This document shows, piece after piece, positions 12,103 to 19,970 of a stretch of DNA of 64,000 bases; position 1 is the first letter of the stretch; each line of letters begins with the position of its first letter. The position numbers and the translations under genes are program-made. Below the pieces are notes generated by a model. It was not told where the DNA came from. It made no database searches and saw nothing but the letters and a program-made list of their open reading frames with translations. Source of the DNA: an uncultured Verrucomicrobiae bacterium (GTDB lineage Bacteria > Verrucomicrobiota > Verrucomicrobiia > Chthoniobacterales > Chthoniobacteraceae); NCBI GenBank assembly GCA_963769025.1, contig CAVYKI010000002.1:320001-384000 (forward strand), in the 5' to 3' direction.

Positions 12103-12838
12103 ATGAAAACCCTCATCGTCCCGCTGCTCATGCTGCTTTGCCTTCACGCTTTCGCGGCGGAAAAGACGCCGCTGCCCACTGCCCACACGACCCGGAACAT
12201 CGAAGGATGGAACATCCGCGTGGATGACCGCCTCTTGCGCGGCGAAGGCACGGCGGTCGGCGAGCGTGCGCTGAAGCTGCTCGCGGCGCGGCTGGTCGCC
12301 ATCGCCATCATCGTGCCGGAGCCGGCACTCGCGAAGCTGCGCGCCATCACCATCCAGCTCGATCAGGACTACGGCGACCTGCGCGCGATGCAGTATCACC
12401 CGAGCGCCGGATGGCTGAAGGGAAAAGGATACAGCGAGCATCTCGCGAAGTGCGCCCACATCCCCGACGCGGAGCAGTTTCTCTCGCCATTTGAAAACCA
12501 CCGCATGCCGTGGGTCGTGCTGCACGAGCTTGCGCATGCCTTTCACGACCAGACGATCGGCTTCGACGACCCGCGCGTGATCGCCGTGTGGAAGAAGTTT
12601 TGCGACAGCGGGAAATACCAATCCGTCCTCACCAGCCCCGGCCACATGCGCGAGCATTACGGGCTGACGAACCAGAAGGAGTTCTTCGCCGAGATGACCG
12701 AGGCGTACTTCGGCTCGAATGACTTCTACCCGTTCGTCACCGGCGAACTGAAGCAGGCCGAGCCGGAGACCTTCGCCCTCCTCGCAGAAATCTGGGGCCC
12801 GCTGCCCGAGCCGCTCCAAACCGTCGTCAAAACCGTGA
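12103..12838 (+). CDS. Secreted zinc metallopeptidase (HExxH, anthrax-LF/M90-like); 3' end uncertain
   Basis: Signal peptide; VVLHELAHAFH, TNQKEFFAEMTEAYFGSNDFYPF. As given it runs in frame into phoD; an out-of-frame TGA at 12836-12838 is the likely true stop. Confidence 0.7.
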
Positions 12839-12993
12839 AACACATCCCGGCCCTCCCCGCCGCTTCCGCATTTGCGTGGATGGGTGTGGCGCATGCGGAG
12901 GCAATGCGCTTGGCGCAAATTGCGAGGCATGCGCTTTGTCGTTTGCAGCGGATGTGCGTCCTCCGCGTGAATCCTGAACCTCAAAACCTCCCC

Positions 12994-14476
12994 ATGAAAC
13001 AACCCGCCTCTCCGATCACCCGCCGCGCGTTTGTCGCGCAGTCCACCGGCGTCCTTGCCGCAGCCGCCTGGATGCCGGAACTTGTCGCGCACGCTGCGGA
13101 CGCCGGTGGCGCACTCCATCAGGCGATGGGCACGCGCGCGGGAGAAGTGACCGACCGCAGTGCGATCGTGTGGACGCGGTTCACGGCGGCAGCCGTGCGA
13201 AATAACGCAGGCAAGGTGATTCCCGGGCGGGTGAAGGGCGCGAAGAAGGACAAGCCCGCTGAAGTGAGCGTCCCCGTGGAGCAACTGGAGGGCGCGTGCC
13301 CCGGTGCTCCGGGCCGCGTGCGTCTGCGATATGGGACCAAGGCGGATCTGAGCGATGCCCTGACCACGGACTGGGCCGAGGTCACGGAGGAGACAGACTT
13401 CACGCACCACTTTGCATTGACCGGTCTGAAGCCCGGCACTGCCTATCACTATGAGAGCGAGACTGCGGGCGCGGATGGCAAATCGCAAGGGAGCTTCCGC
13501 GGCGAGTTCCGCACGGCGCCGGCGGCGGATGTCCCGGGTGATTTTCAGTTTTGCGTGATGACCTGCCAGGGCTATCCCGACCGCGGGCATCCCGATGGGC
13601 ACGCGATTTATCTCTCGATGCTAGCGCTAAAGCCGTCGTTCGCCTGCCTCACGGGCGATCTTGTCTATTATGATAACGATGAGCCGCGCGCCACTTCGCC
13701 CGCGCTGGCGCGCTATCATTGGCAGCGCATGTTCAGCCTGCCGCGCCTCGTGGAGTTCAACCGCCACGTCGGCACCTATTGGCTGAAGGACGACCACGAC
13801 ACGCTGAACAACGACTCGTGGGCCGGGGCGAAGATGGGCACGCTCACTTTTGCCGAGGGCCAGCGCATTTTCCGCCAGCAGGCGCCGATGGGGGAGGGGC
13901 CCGGCTACCGCACCTTCCGCTGGGGGCGCGATCTGCAGATATGGCTCACCGAAGGCCGTGACTTCCGCTCGCCTAACAAGATGCCCGACGGCCCGGACAA
14001 GACCATCTGGGGCAGCGGAGCAGAAGGAGTGGTTCCGGCGCACGGTGAAGGAGAGCGACGCGACGTGGAAGGTGCTCGTCAGCCCCACGCCGCTCGTCGG
14101 CCCCGACCGCGGGGGCAAGAACGACAACCACAGCAACGAAGGATTCCGCCACGAGGGCGACGAACTTCGCGCGTGGCTGAAGGCGAATGTCCCGGACAAT
14201 TTCTTCGTCATCTGCGGCGACCGCCACTGGCAATACCACTCCGTGCATCCTACGTCGGGCCTGCACGAGTTCAGCGTCGGCGCGGCGAGCGACCAGCACG
14301 CCGGCGGCACTCCCGGCGAGGATCCGCGCTATCACCGCTTCCATCGTGTCAAAGGCGGCTTCCTCTCGGTGAATTTCAGGCGCGACGGCCGCAGGAGCGC
14401 GATCCTTTTCCAGCACCGCGATGTGGATGGGAGCGTGGTCTATGAATGGACCGCGCAGCGCGAGGCGAAAGCGTGA
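12994..14476 (+). CDS. phoD: Alkaline phosphatase D family metallophosphatase with Tat signal, frameshift near 14010
   Basis: ITRRAF twin-arginine signal; GEVTDRSAIVWTR, LTGLKPGTAYHY, GDLVYYD, KDDHD, GDRHWQY. Confidence 0.85.
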
Positions 14477-14530
14477 TGGATTGTTCGCCGGTGGGAAGCG
14501 CGACGTTGTTCGTCCTGCCCGCCGCGTGGG

Positions 14531-14582
14531 GGAAGATGGAAGATGGAAGATGGAAGATGGAAGATGGAAGATGGAAGATGGA
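14531..14582 (+). repeat. Heptamer tandem array (GGAAGAT)x7
   Basis: Seven perfect GGAAGAT copies at 14531-14579 followed by GGA. Confidence 0.98.
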
Positions 14583-14668
14583 GGCCGCATTCCTGTTCGC
14601 CTGACGGGGGCGCTTGATGGGGCGGGGAGGGGAGTGGAGTGTCGCAGAGTCGGCTCAGCTTGGCGTGG

Positions 14669-14690
14669 GTGAAAATGGAGGATGGAAAAC
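14669..14690 (+). repeat. Degenerate second heptamer array
   Basis: GTGAAAAT GGAGGAT GGAAAAC, three degenerate copies of GGAAGAT. Confidence 0.7.
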
Positions 14691-14736
14691 GACAAGTGCA
14701 CCCGGCACGATGCGCGGCCTCACCGAACAAACTGCA

Positions 14737-15270
14737 ATGGCCAAGTACGAACGCTTTGAAGACCTCCCCGTGTGGCAGGAGGCCGCGAGACTGTATGATA
14801 CCGTCCTCGATTTGATCGAAACCACCCCGGCTCCATTCTCCCCCGGATTTCGCAACCAGCTCGACCGCGCGGCACTCTCCGTGTCGAATAACATCGCCGA
14901 GGGCTTCGAGCGCACCACCACCGCCGAACTCCTCGCCTATATCGGCATCGCCCGCGGCTCCGCCGGTGAAGTCCGCTCCATGATGGCCGTCATCCGCGAC
15001 CGCCCCAGCCTGCGAAAGCACACCGCCGCACTCGACCGCATCCGCGCGCTCGCCGAATCCTGTTCCCGCCAGCTCACCGGCTGGGCCGGCGCCGTCGAGC
15101 GCCTTCCTTTCGAGGGGAAACGGCGCATGCCTGAGAAAGTGAAACACCAGCGGGAAGCCGAAAAGAAGGCCGACGACTTCCGCCTCCTCTTCCTCAGAAC
15201 CCTCAAGCCCACGCACCCCCTCTACAACACCCCCGAAGCCAAGTCCGCCCGCGAATCCCCCGAAGCCTAA
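14737..15270 (+). CDS. Four-helix-bundle protein (23S rRNA IVS protein / Avd-like family), 177 aa
   Basis: RFEDLPVWQEA, NQLDRAALSVSNNIAEGFER and YIGIARGSAGEVRSM are the family signatures; about 55-aa C-terminal extension. Confidence 0.92.
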   Translation: MAKYERFEDLPVWQEAARLYDTVLDLIETTPAPFSPGFRNQLDRAALSVSNNIAEGFERTTTAELLAYIGIARGSAGEVRSMMAVIRDRPSLRKHTAALDRIRALAESCSRQLTGWAGAVERLPFEGKRRMPEKVKHQREAEKKADDFRLLFLRTLKPTHPLYNTPEAKSARESPEA

Positions 15271-15280
15271 CTCCCGCGCT

Positions 15281-15308
15281 CTTTTCCATTTTCCATCTTC
15301 CATCTTCC
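15281..15308 (-). repeat. Inverted heptamer array (reverse complement of GGAAGAT), 4 copies
   Basis: CTTTTCC ATTTTCC ATCTTCC ATCTTCC, ending 1 nt before the ATG at 15310. Confidence 0.92.
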
Positions 15309-15309
15309 G

Positions 15310-16155
15310 ATGCTCCGTCCCCGCAAAAAGTACACCGTCTCCGACCTCCAGCAGCTCAAGGGCAAACGCGTCCTCACCCACATCCACGTGAAATCCCCCG
15401 AGGAAGCCGCCGCCGCCGAAGCAGGCCGGCGTGGATCTGATGAGCTGCAGCTTCGACAGCCCGGAGGCGCAGTCCCGCCTGCCCGCGCTCGTCGCCGCCG
15501 CGCCGCACAGCTTCCTCTCCGCCGCCACGCCGCACGGCCTCGCTTCGCCGGAGGAAGCGATCCGCGTCGCCTTCCGCGCGCTCGAGCTCGGCGCCAGCTC
15601 CGTCTATTGCTCCGCCAGCCCATTCATCATCGAGGCCATGGCGCGCGAAGCGCATCCCCGTCGTCGGCCATCTCGGCCTGGTCCCGCGCCACGTCACGTG
15701 GACCGGCTACCGCGCCATCGGCCGCACCGTCGAGGAAGCCACGCGAGCTTCACCGCCGCATGAAGGAACTCGAAAACGCCGGCGCCTACGCCGCGGAACT
15801 CGAAGTCGTCCCGCACAACCTCGCCCGCTTCCTCTCCTCGCAGACGAAGATGCTCCTCATGTCCCTCGGCTCCGGCCCCGGCTGCGACACCCAGTTCCTC
15901 TTCTCCGACGACATCCTCGGCGACTACGACGAACGCCCCCCGCGCCACGCCAAGGCCTACCGCAACTTCGCCGCCGAGCACCGCCGCCTCCAGGACGAGC
16001 GCATCGCCGCCTTCCGCGAATACATCGCCGACGTGCAGGACGGCCGCTTCCCCGAGCGCAGCCATCTCGTGGAAATGGACGCCCCGCTCCTCGACGAAGT
16101 CGCCCGCACCATCGCCGCACCCCCGCCGAACTCCACGCCACCCTCCGCGCATTAG
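15310..16155 (+). CDS. panB: 3-methyl-2-oxobutanoate hydroxymethyltransferase-like (PanB family), about 3 frameshifts
   Basis: TVSDLQQLKG, IPVVGHLGLVP (shifted frame), LENAGAYAAELEVVP, SLGSGPGCDTQFLFSDDILG, PRHAKAY. Confidence 0.75.
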   Translation: MLRPRKKYTVSDLQQLKGKRVLTHIHVKSPEEAAAAEAGRRGSDELQLRQPGGAVPPARARRRRAAQLPLRRHAARPRFAGGSDPRRLPRARARRQLRLLLRQPIHHRGHGARSASPSSAISAWSRATSRGPATAPSAAPSRKPRELHRRMKELENAGAYAAELEVVPHNLARFLSSQTKMLLMSLGSGPGCDTQFLFSDDILGDYDERPPRHAKAYRNFAAEHRRLQDERIAAFREYIADVQDGRFPERSHLVEMDAPLLDEVARTIAAPPPNSTPPSAH

Positions 16156-16187
16156 CCATCCGGTTAGCCATCGGCCCGCCCGTCCCC

Positions 16188-16324
16188 CCTTGGACTGCGG
16201 CAGCTGGCTGCCGCTCTGCGGTTGGCGAGCCTCGGCGAGCGCGGCAGGCCGTCGCATCCAAAAACACCCGCCGCGCTCGGCAAGCCTCGCGCCTAAAGCG
16301 GAGGCAAGCCTCCGCACTCCAAGG
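16188..16324. repeat. 137-bp REP/MITE-like nested palindrome
   Basis: Terminal inverted repeats CCTTGGACTGCGG / CCGCACTCCAAGG (12 of 13 match), end hairpins GCGGCAGC..GCTGCCGC and GCGGAGGC..GCCTCCGC, inner inverted pair GAGCGCGGC / GCCGCGCTC. Confidence 0.8.
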
Positions 16325-16467
16325 CTCCCTCCGTCACCCCGTCACTCTGCTCCGCCAGCCCCACAAGAACATCCTTCCGGAAAACCCCGCCCACTGCTTC
16401 CATCCCGGCGACGCACCGCCATCCATGATGAATGGCCTTCGGCTAATGTGTCCGCGCCCGAAAGCCG

Positions 16468-17034
16468 TCACCGCGGGATGCTCAGCTGCTTCTCCTTAGC
16501 CCCGTCCGCCGGCTCCCATACGCAGTCCATCAGCGGAATCCTCCGGAGAAACTCCGCCGCCACCCGCGACTCCTCCTTCGCCTGCTCCCGCGGCCGCATC
16601 CCCTGGTTCGCCGCCGCCATGCCCGCCCCGTGCGCATGCGCGATCTCCCCGCCAAACCACGCCTGAAAGAAAGTCAGCGCCATCATCAGCAGCGCCGCCG
16701 AGAGATACCCCAGCCCCGGCGCATCCAGCTTCCTGCGCAGCGCCCCCCGCCACAGCGCCATGAAGCCGATCCCCGCAAATACCACCCAGCCCATTTTCAT
16801 GTGCAACTGCACCATCGCCTGCGACTCCACCGACAGCGACGCCCGCCCCATGTCCCAATACCCCGCCGCCACCGTCAGCACCCCGCCCACTGCCGCCCCC
16901 GCGATCGCCCACGCCCCCGCCGCCCGCGCCGAATGGCTGTCCCGCAAATACCCCACCGCCTCCGCGATGAACGCCAGCGCCATCAGCGCGATCGGAAAAT
17001 GCACCAGCGCTGGATGAATCGGAGTCATGACCAT
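16468..17034 (-). CDS. DUF2231-type membrane protein
   Basis: IHPALVHFPIAL motif, 4 hydrophobic helices, QAWFGGEIAHAHGAG. Confidence 0.85.
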   Translation of the reverse strand: MVMTPIHPALVHFPIALMALAFIAEAVGYLRDSHSARAAGAWAIAGAAVGGVLTVAAGYWDMGRASLSVESQAMVQLHMKMGWVVFAGIGFMALWRGALRRKLDAPGLGYLSAALLMMALTFFQAWFGGEIAHAHGAGMAAANQGMRPREQAKEESRVAAEFLRRIPLMDCVWEPADGAKEKQLSIPR

Positions 17035-17411
17035 TTGCCCCTCACATCGCCCCTCCGCCCCCCGCCGGACGCCTCGTTTCACCTCCTCACCTCACGTCGC
17101 CCCAATGAACTAATTCATGTTCGGTTCCCCCGCTGGCTGGCTCGCCATCGAAAGTGGCGAGTCATGCTCCATCACGACCACCTTCGGTGCAGCACCACCC
17201 CCGAAACCCACCGTGGCAGGATTTAATCCCCCCCGCCGCAAGTCCGGAGCCCCACTGAACCACGATTCTTATTTGATATGAACAAAAAAACCAAAAAGAG
17301 CCCGGCCGCGCCGGAGCACGGCGGCCCGACCCGGTAAAGGTAAAATCAGGTTCCTTGCAGTTCAGGGAGAGTTTTCACGACCACACCGCAAAGCGCCCGC
17401 GAACAGTCTGT

Positions 17412-17552
17412 ATGCTCTATACAATCGCCCTCATTCTCGTGGTGCTCTGGCTCATCGGCTGGCTCGGCTTTAACCTCCTCGGAGGCTTCATCCACATCCT
17501 CGTCGTCCTCGCCATCATCTCCATCGTCATGGCGCTGGTGAAGAAGGCCTGA
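17412..17552 (+). CDS. lmo0937-family (DUF5670) small membrane protein, 46 aa
   Basis: MLYTIALILVVLWLIGWLGFNLLGGFIHILVVLAII matches the family pattern. Confidence 0.9.
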   Translation: MLYTIALILVVLWLIGWLGFNLLGGFIHILVVLAIISIVMALVKKA

Positions 17553-17627
17553 CCCTTCCCGGCGCGCAAAACGCCCACGCCCGCCCTCCCACGGGAGCCA
17601 GCAGCGAAGCGGTCTCATCTCCCCACA

Positions 17628-17900
17628 CCGCACCCCGGAACGAAGCCTGCATCGCCCGGAAGGAAGACTGCATTCGGGAAAAGAAAGACAGAATTCCGGA
17701 AAAGCAAGACTGCATCGCCCGAAAGCAAGACTGCATCGCTGAAAAGGAAGACAGAATCCCAGGAAAGGAAGACTGCATTCGGCAAAAGGAAGACAGAAAC
17801 GCGGAGAAGTAAGACTGCTTTCCCCAAAAGTAAGACTGAATCCGCGGGAAGTAAGACTGCTTTTCCCAAAAGTAAGACTGCTTTTGGCAAAAGTAAGACA
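17628..17900. repeat. 21-nt period tandem array, 12 clear units plus 1 degenerate
   Basis: Units start at 17649 and recur every 21 nt to 17900 with no indels; consensus G(C/A)(A/T)TYNSNSRRAAGNAAGAC(T/A); invariant AAG-N-AAGAC core. Confidence 0.97.
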
Positions 17901-18381
17901 GAAAACGACATTTTCCGGGACGAAAATGTGCCATGCAAGTGTGAATCAGGCGAATGCAACAGACTATCGCCCAAGCATTTGCCAGCGAACCGGCTGGTTT
18001 AGAGTTCTCCACCGCCCCCTTCCCGTCCTCCGTCGAACCGCTGTTCCACGGTTCCACAGTCCCAGGCTTTTCGCTCATTTCCCCCGCCCATGCGGCGGCG
18101 TTCACCGAGGAGGGCGGCTTTACGGAGCGGCTGCACCGGATCCGGAGTGAACGGAGAAAGCACGGTGCCCGATGAACCGGACCACGCCTGCGCCACACAG
18201 GCAAGAGGCGCACGACGGCAGGCGGGTCGGCGTGGTGGTTTCACGATATTGCAACGCACTGGTTAGAAGTTCCAAAACGCATCTTTGAGAACGAAGGCAT
18301 CTCAACAGTGATAGCCGGATGGCCCAAGGCGGCGGCGAGAATTGGGCGCGTATATAGGGCTTCGGAGTGGAGCAAGGCATC

Positions 18382-18397
18382 TGGCACGGCATTGGCT
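18382..18397 (+). promoter_or_regulatory. Candidate sigma54 (-24/-12) promoter
   Basis: TGGCACGGCATTGGCT = GG-N10-GC, about 80 nt upstream of ATG 18476. Confidence 0.6.
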
Positions 18398-18475
18398 ATA
18401 TGCAGAAAACAGGAACCGGGTGAGTGCCTGGTGCCGTTCAAATACACAATACAAAACCAAGGAGACACCGACCCC

Positions 18476-19183
18476 ATGCCACACTGGAACGATGGAACCC
18501 GTTGGGACAGCGGGGCGCGTTGGGCGCCGGCGGCTCCTGTAAAGAAACCAAAATACACCATGGCAATCATCGTCACAAACACAGCCAAGCTGCCCATCCC
18601 GGAAAAACTCCTGAAGGGGCAGGAAATCATCACCATGAGCACGTCGAATCCAAACGTGCCCGGAAACGCCACGATCCTCGCGGCATTTAGCAATGCACAG
18701 GAAGACCTCGTTGCCGCCAACAACGCCCACATCGCCGCCGTGGGCGCATTGAAAAACCTGATGGACCAGCGCGACGACGCGCTCGCGGTCTGGAACAATG
18801 CGCTGAGCAATCTCGCCTCGTTTACGGAGAGCGCCACGCAGGGCGACGGGACCAAGATCACGAGCGCGGGATTTGGCGTGCGGAAGGGGCGCACGCCCAA
18901 GCCCCCGCTCGAAGCGCCGGTCAACCTGCAGGCAAAGACCAATGGTTCGCCCGGCGTGACCAAGCTGTCTTGGAACCCGCTCATCGGGGCCGTGACTTAC
19001 CTTGTTCAGCAGACCCCGGCGCCCGTGGAGGAACCGGTGTGGACGCAGGTGGCCAGCCCCACAAAGTCCTCCTGCGAGACCAACGGCATCGAACCCGGAA
19101 AGACCTACTGGTATCGCGTCGCCGGAGTGGACGCACAGGGCCAGGGCCCGTGGAGCGACCCCGCGTGCCGCCCTGTGATGTAA
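18476..19183 (+). CDS. Fibronectin type III domain protein with helical N-terminal region and Trp-rich leader (alternative start 18560)
   Basis: AGGAG upstream; FN3 pattern [46 protein letters not shown]; no signal peptide. Confidence 0.85.
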   Translation: MPHWNDGTRWDSGARWAPAAPVKKPKYTMAIIVTNTAKLPIPEKLLKGQEIITMSTSNPNVPGNATILAAFSNAQEDLVAANNAHIAAVGALKNLMDQRDDALAVWNNALSNLASFTESATQGDGTKITSAGFGVRKGRTPKPPLEAPVNLQAKTNGSPGVTKLSWNPLIGAVTYLVQQTPAPVEEPVWTQVASPTKSSCETNGIEPGKTYWYRVAGVDAQGQGPWSDPACRPVM

Positions 19184-19197
19184 CACACCCCGCCGCC

Positions 19198-19234
19198 CCC
19201 GCGGCAGGTGGCCGGAAAGGCTGCCTGCTGCGGG
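19198..19234 (+). other. 16-bp stem hairpin with GGAAA loop between FN3 and collagen genes
   Basis: CCCGCGGCAGGTGGCC-GGAAA-GGCTGCCTGCTGCGGG pairs fully when G-U is allowed; no U-tract follows. Confidence 0.75.
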
Positions 19235-19328
19235 CGTAGCGCGGGCTATCCTGCCCGCGAACGAAGCAAACCAATTCACTAGCATACTGACCAATACCCT
19301 TCGCGGACAGGATGGTCCGCATTCCGCC

Positions 19329-19934
19329 ATGCCCTACAACCCTGCACTCCCACTCGATGGCTCGCTCATGGAAGCGGGCGAGATGCGCTCGCAATTCGGC
19401 GGGCTCAAGACGCTGATAGATAACGTGCCTGCCGGGCCTCCCGGGCCGCAGGGTGTGCCAGGGGCGCAGGGACCGCAGGGCGCGCAGGGGGAGCAAGGAC
19501 CGGAAGGGGCGCAGGGCGAACAGGGGCCGCAAGGTCCGCCTTTTGCCAATGCGGTGGTGGATGGCGTGACGACGCTGAACCCCGGTGAGCCGGCCACGGT
19601 GTCCGCACACCTATATGGAAACGATGTGCGGTTCAGCTTTGGCATCCCGCAGGGCTATCCCGGGCCGGACGGCGTTCCCGGGCCGCAAGGTCCGCAGGGC
19701 GTCGAGGGGCCGCAGGGAGCGCAGGGTCCGCAGGGCCCGGAAGGTCCCCAAGGCCCGCAAGGCCAGATGGGCGATGTGAGCATGCAGCAACTGAACGACG
19801 CCATCGCCACGACGGCGCGCAACCCAAGCGCGGTGGGACCTTTCGCCGGAGGTTTCAGCGACCCGCCGACGCAGGTGGAATTGCAGGCATTTGCCAACTA
19901 TGTGGAGTCGCTGCGCATGGCGCTCCTGCGGTAG
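19329..19934 (+). CDS. Collagen-like (Gly-X-Y) fibre protein, 201 aa
   Basis: Two Gly-X-Y blocks (12 and 14 triplets) split by [22 protein letters not shown]-terminal [20 protein letters not shown] helix; no signal peptide. Confidence 0.9.
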   Translation: MPYNPALPLDGSLMEAGEMRSQFGGLKTLIDNVPAGPPGPQGVPGAQGPQGAQGEQGPEGAQGEQGPQGPPFANAVVDGVTTLNPGEPATVSAHLYGNDVRFSFGIPQGYPGPDGVPGPQGPQGVEGPQGAQGPQGPEGPQGPQGQMGDVSMQQLNDAIATTARNPSAVGPFAGGFSDPPTQVELQAFANYVESLRMALLR

Positions 19935-19970
19935 GGAAGGGCGGAAGCCTGGGAGCGTGGAGGACTGCGG

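Noticed and set aside
14421..14701. ORFs with MEDGRWK / LPSSIFH repeats
   Set aside because: These are just translations of the heptamer array; there is no other coding signal.
14737..15270. Diversity-generating retroelement
   Set aside because: The gene is Avd-like, but I found no reverse transcriptase and no template/variable repeat pair.
17628..17900. 21-nt array as a CRISPR array
   Set aside because: The period is far too short, the variable parts are under 10 nt and related to each other, and there is no cas gene in the window.
18042..18065. TGTTCCAC GGTTCCAC AGTCCCAG octamer triplet
   Set aside because: Only three degenerate copies; could be chance.
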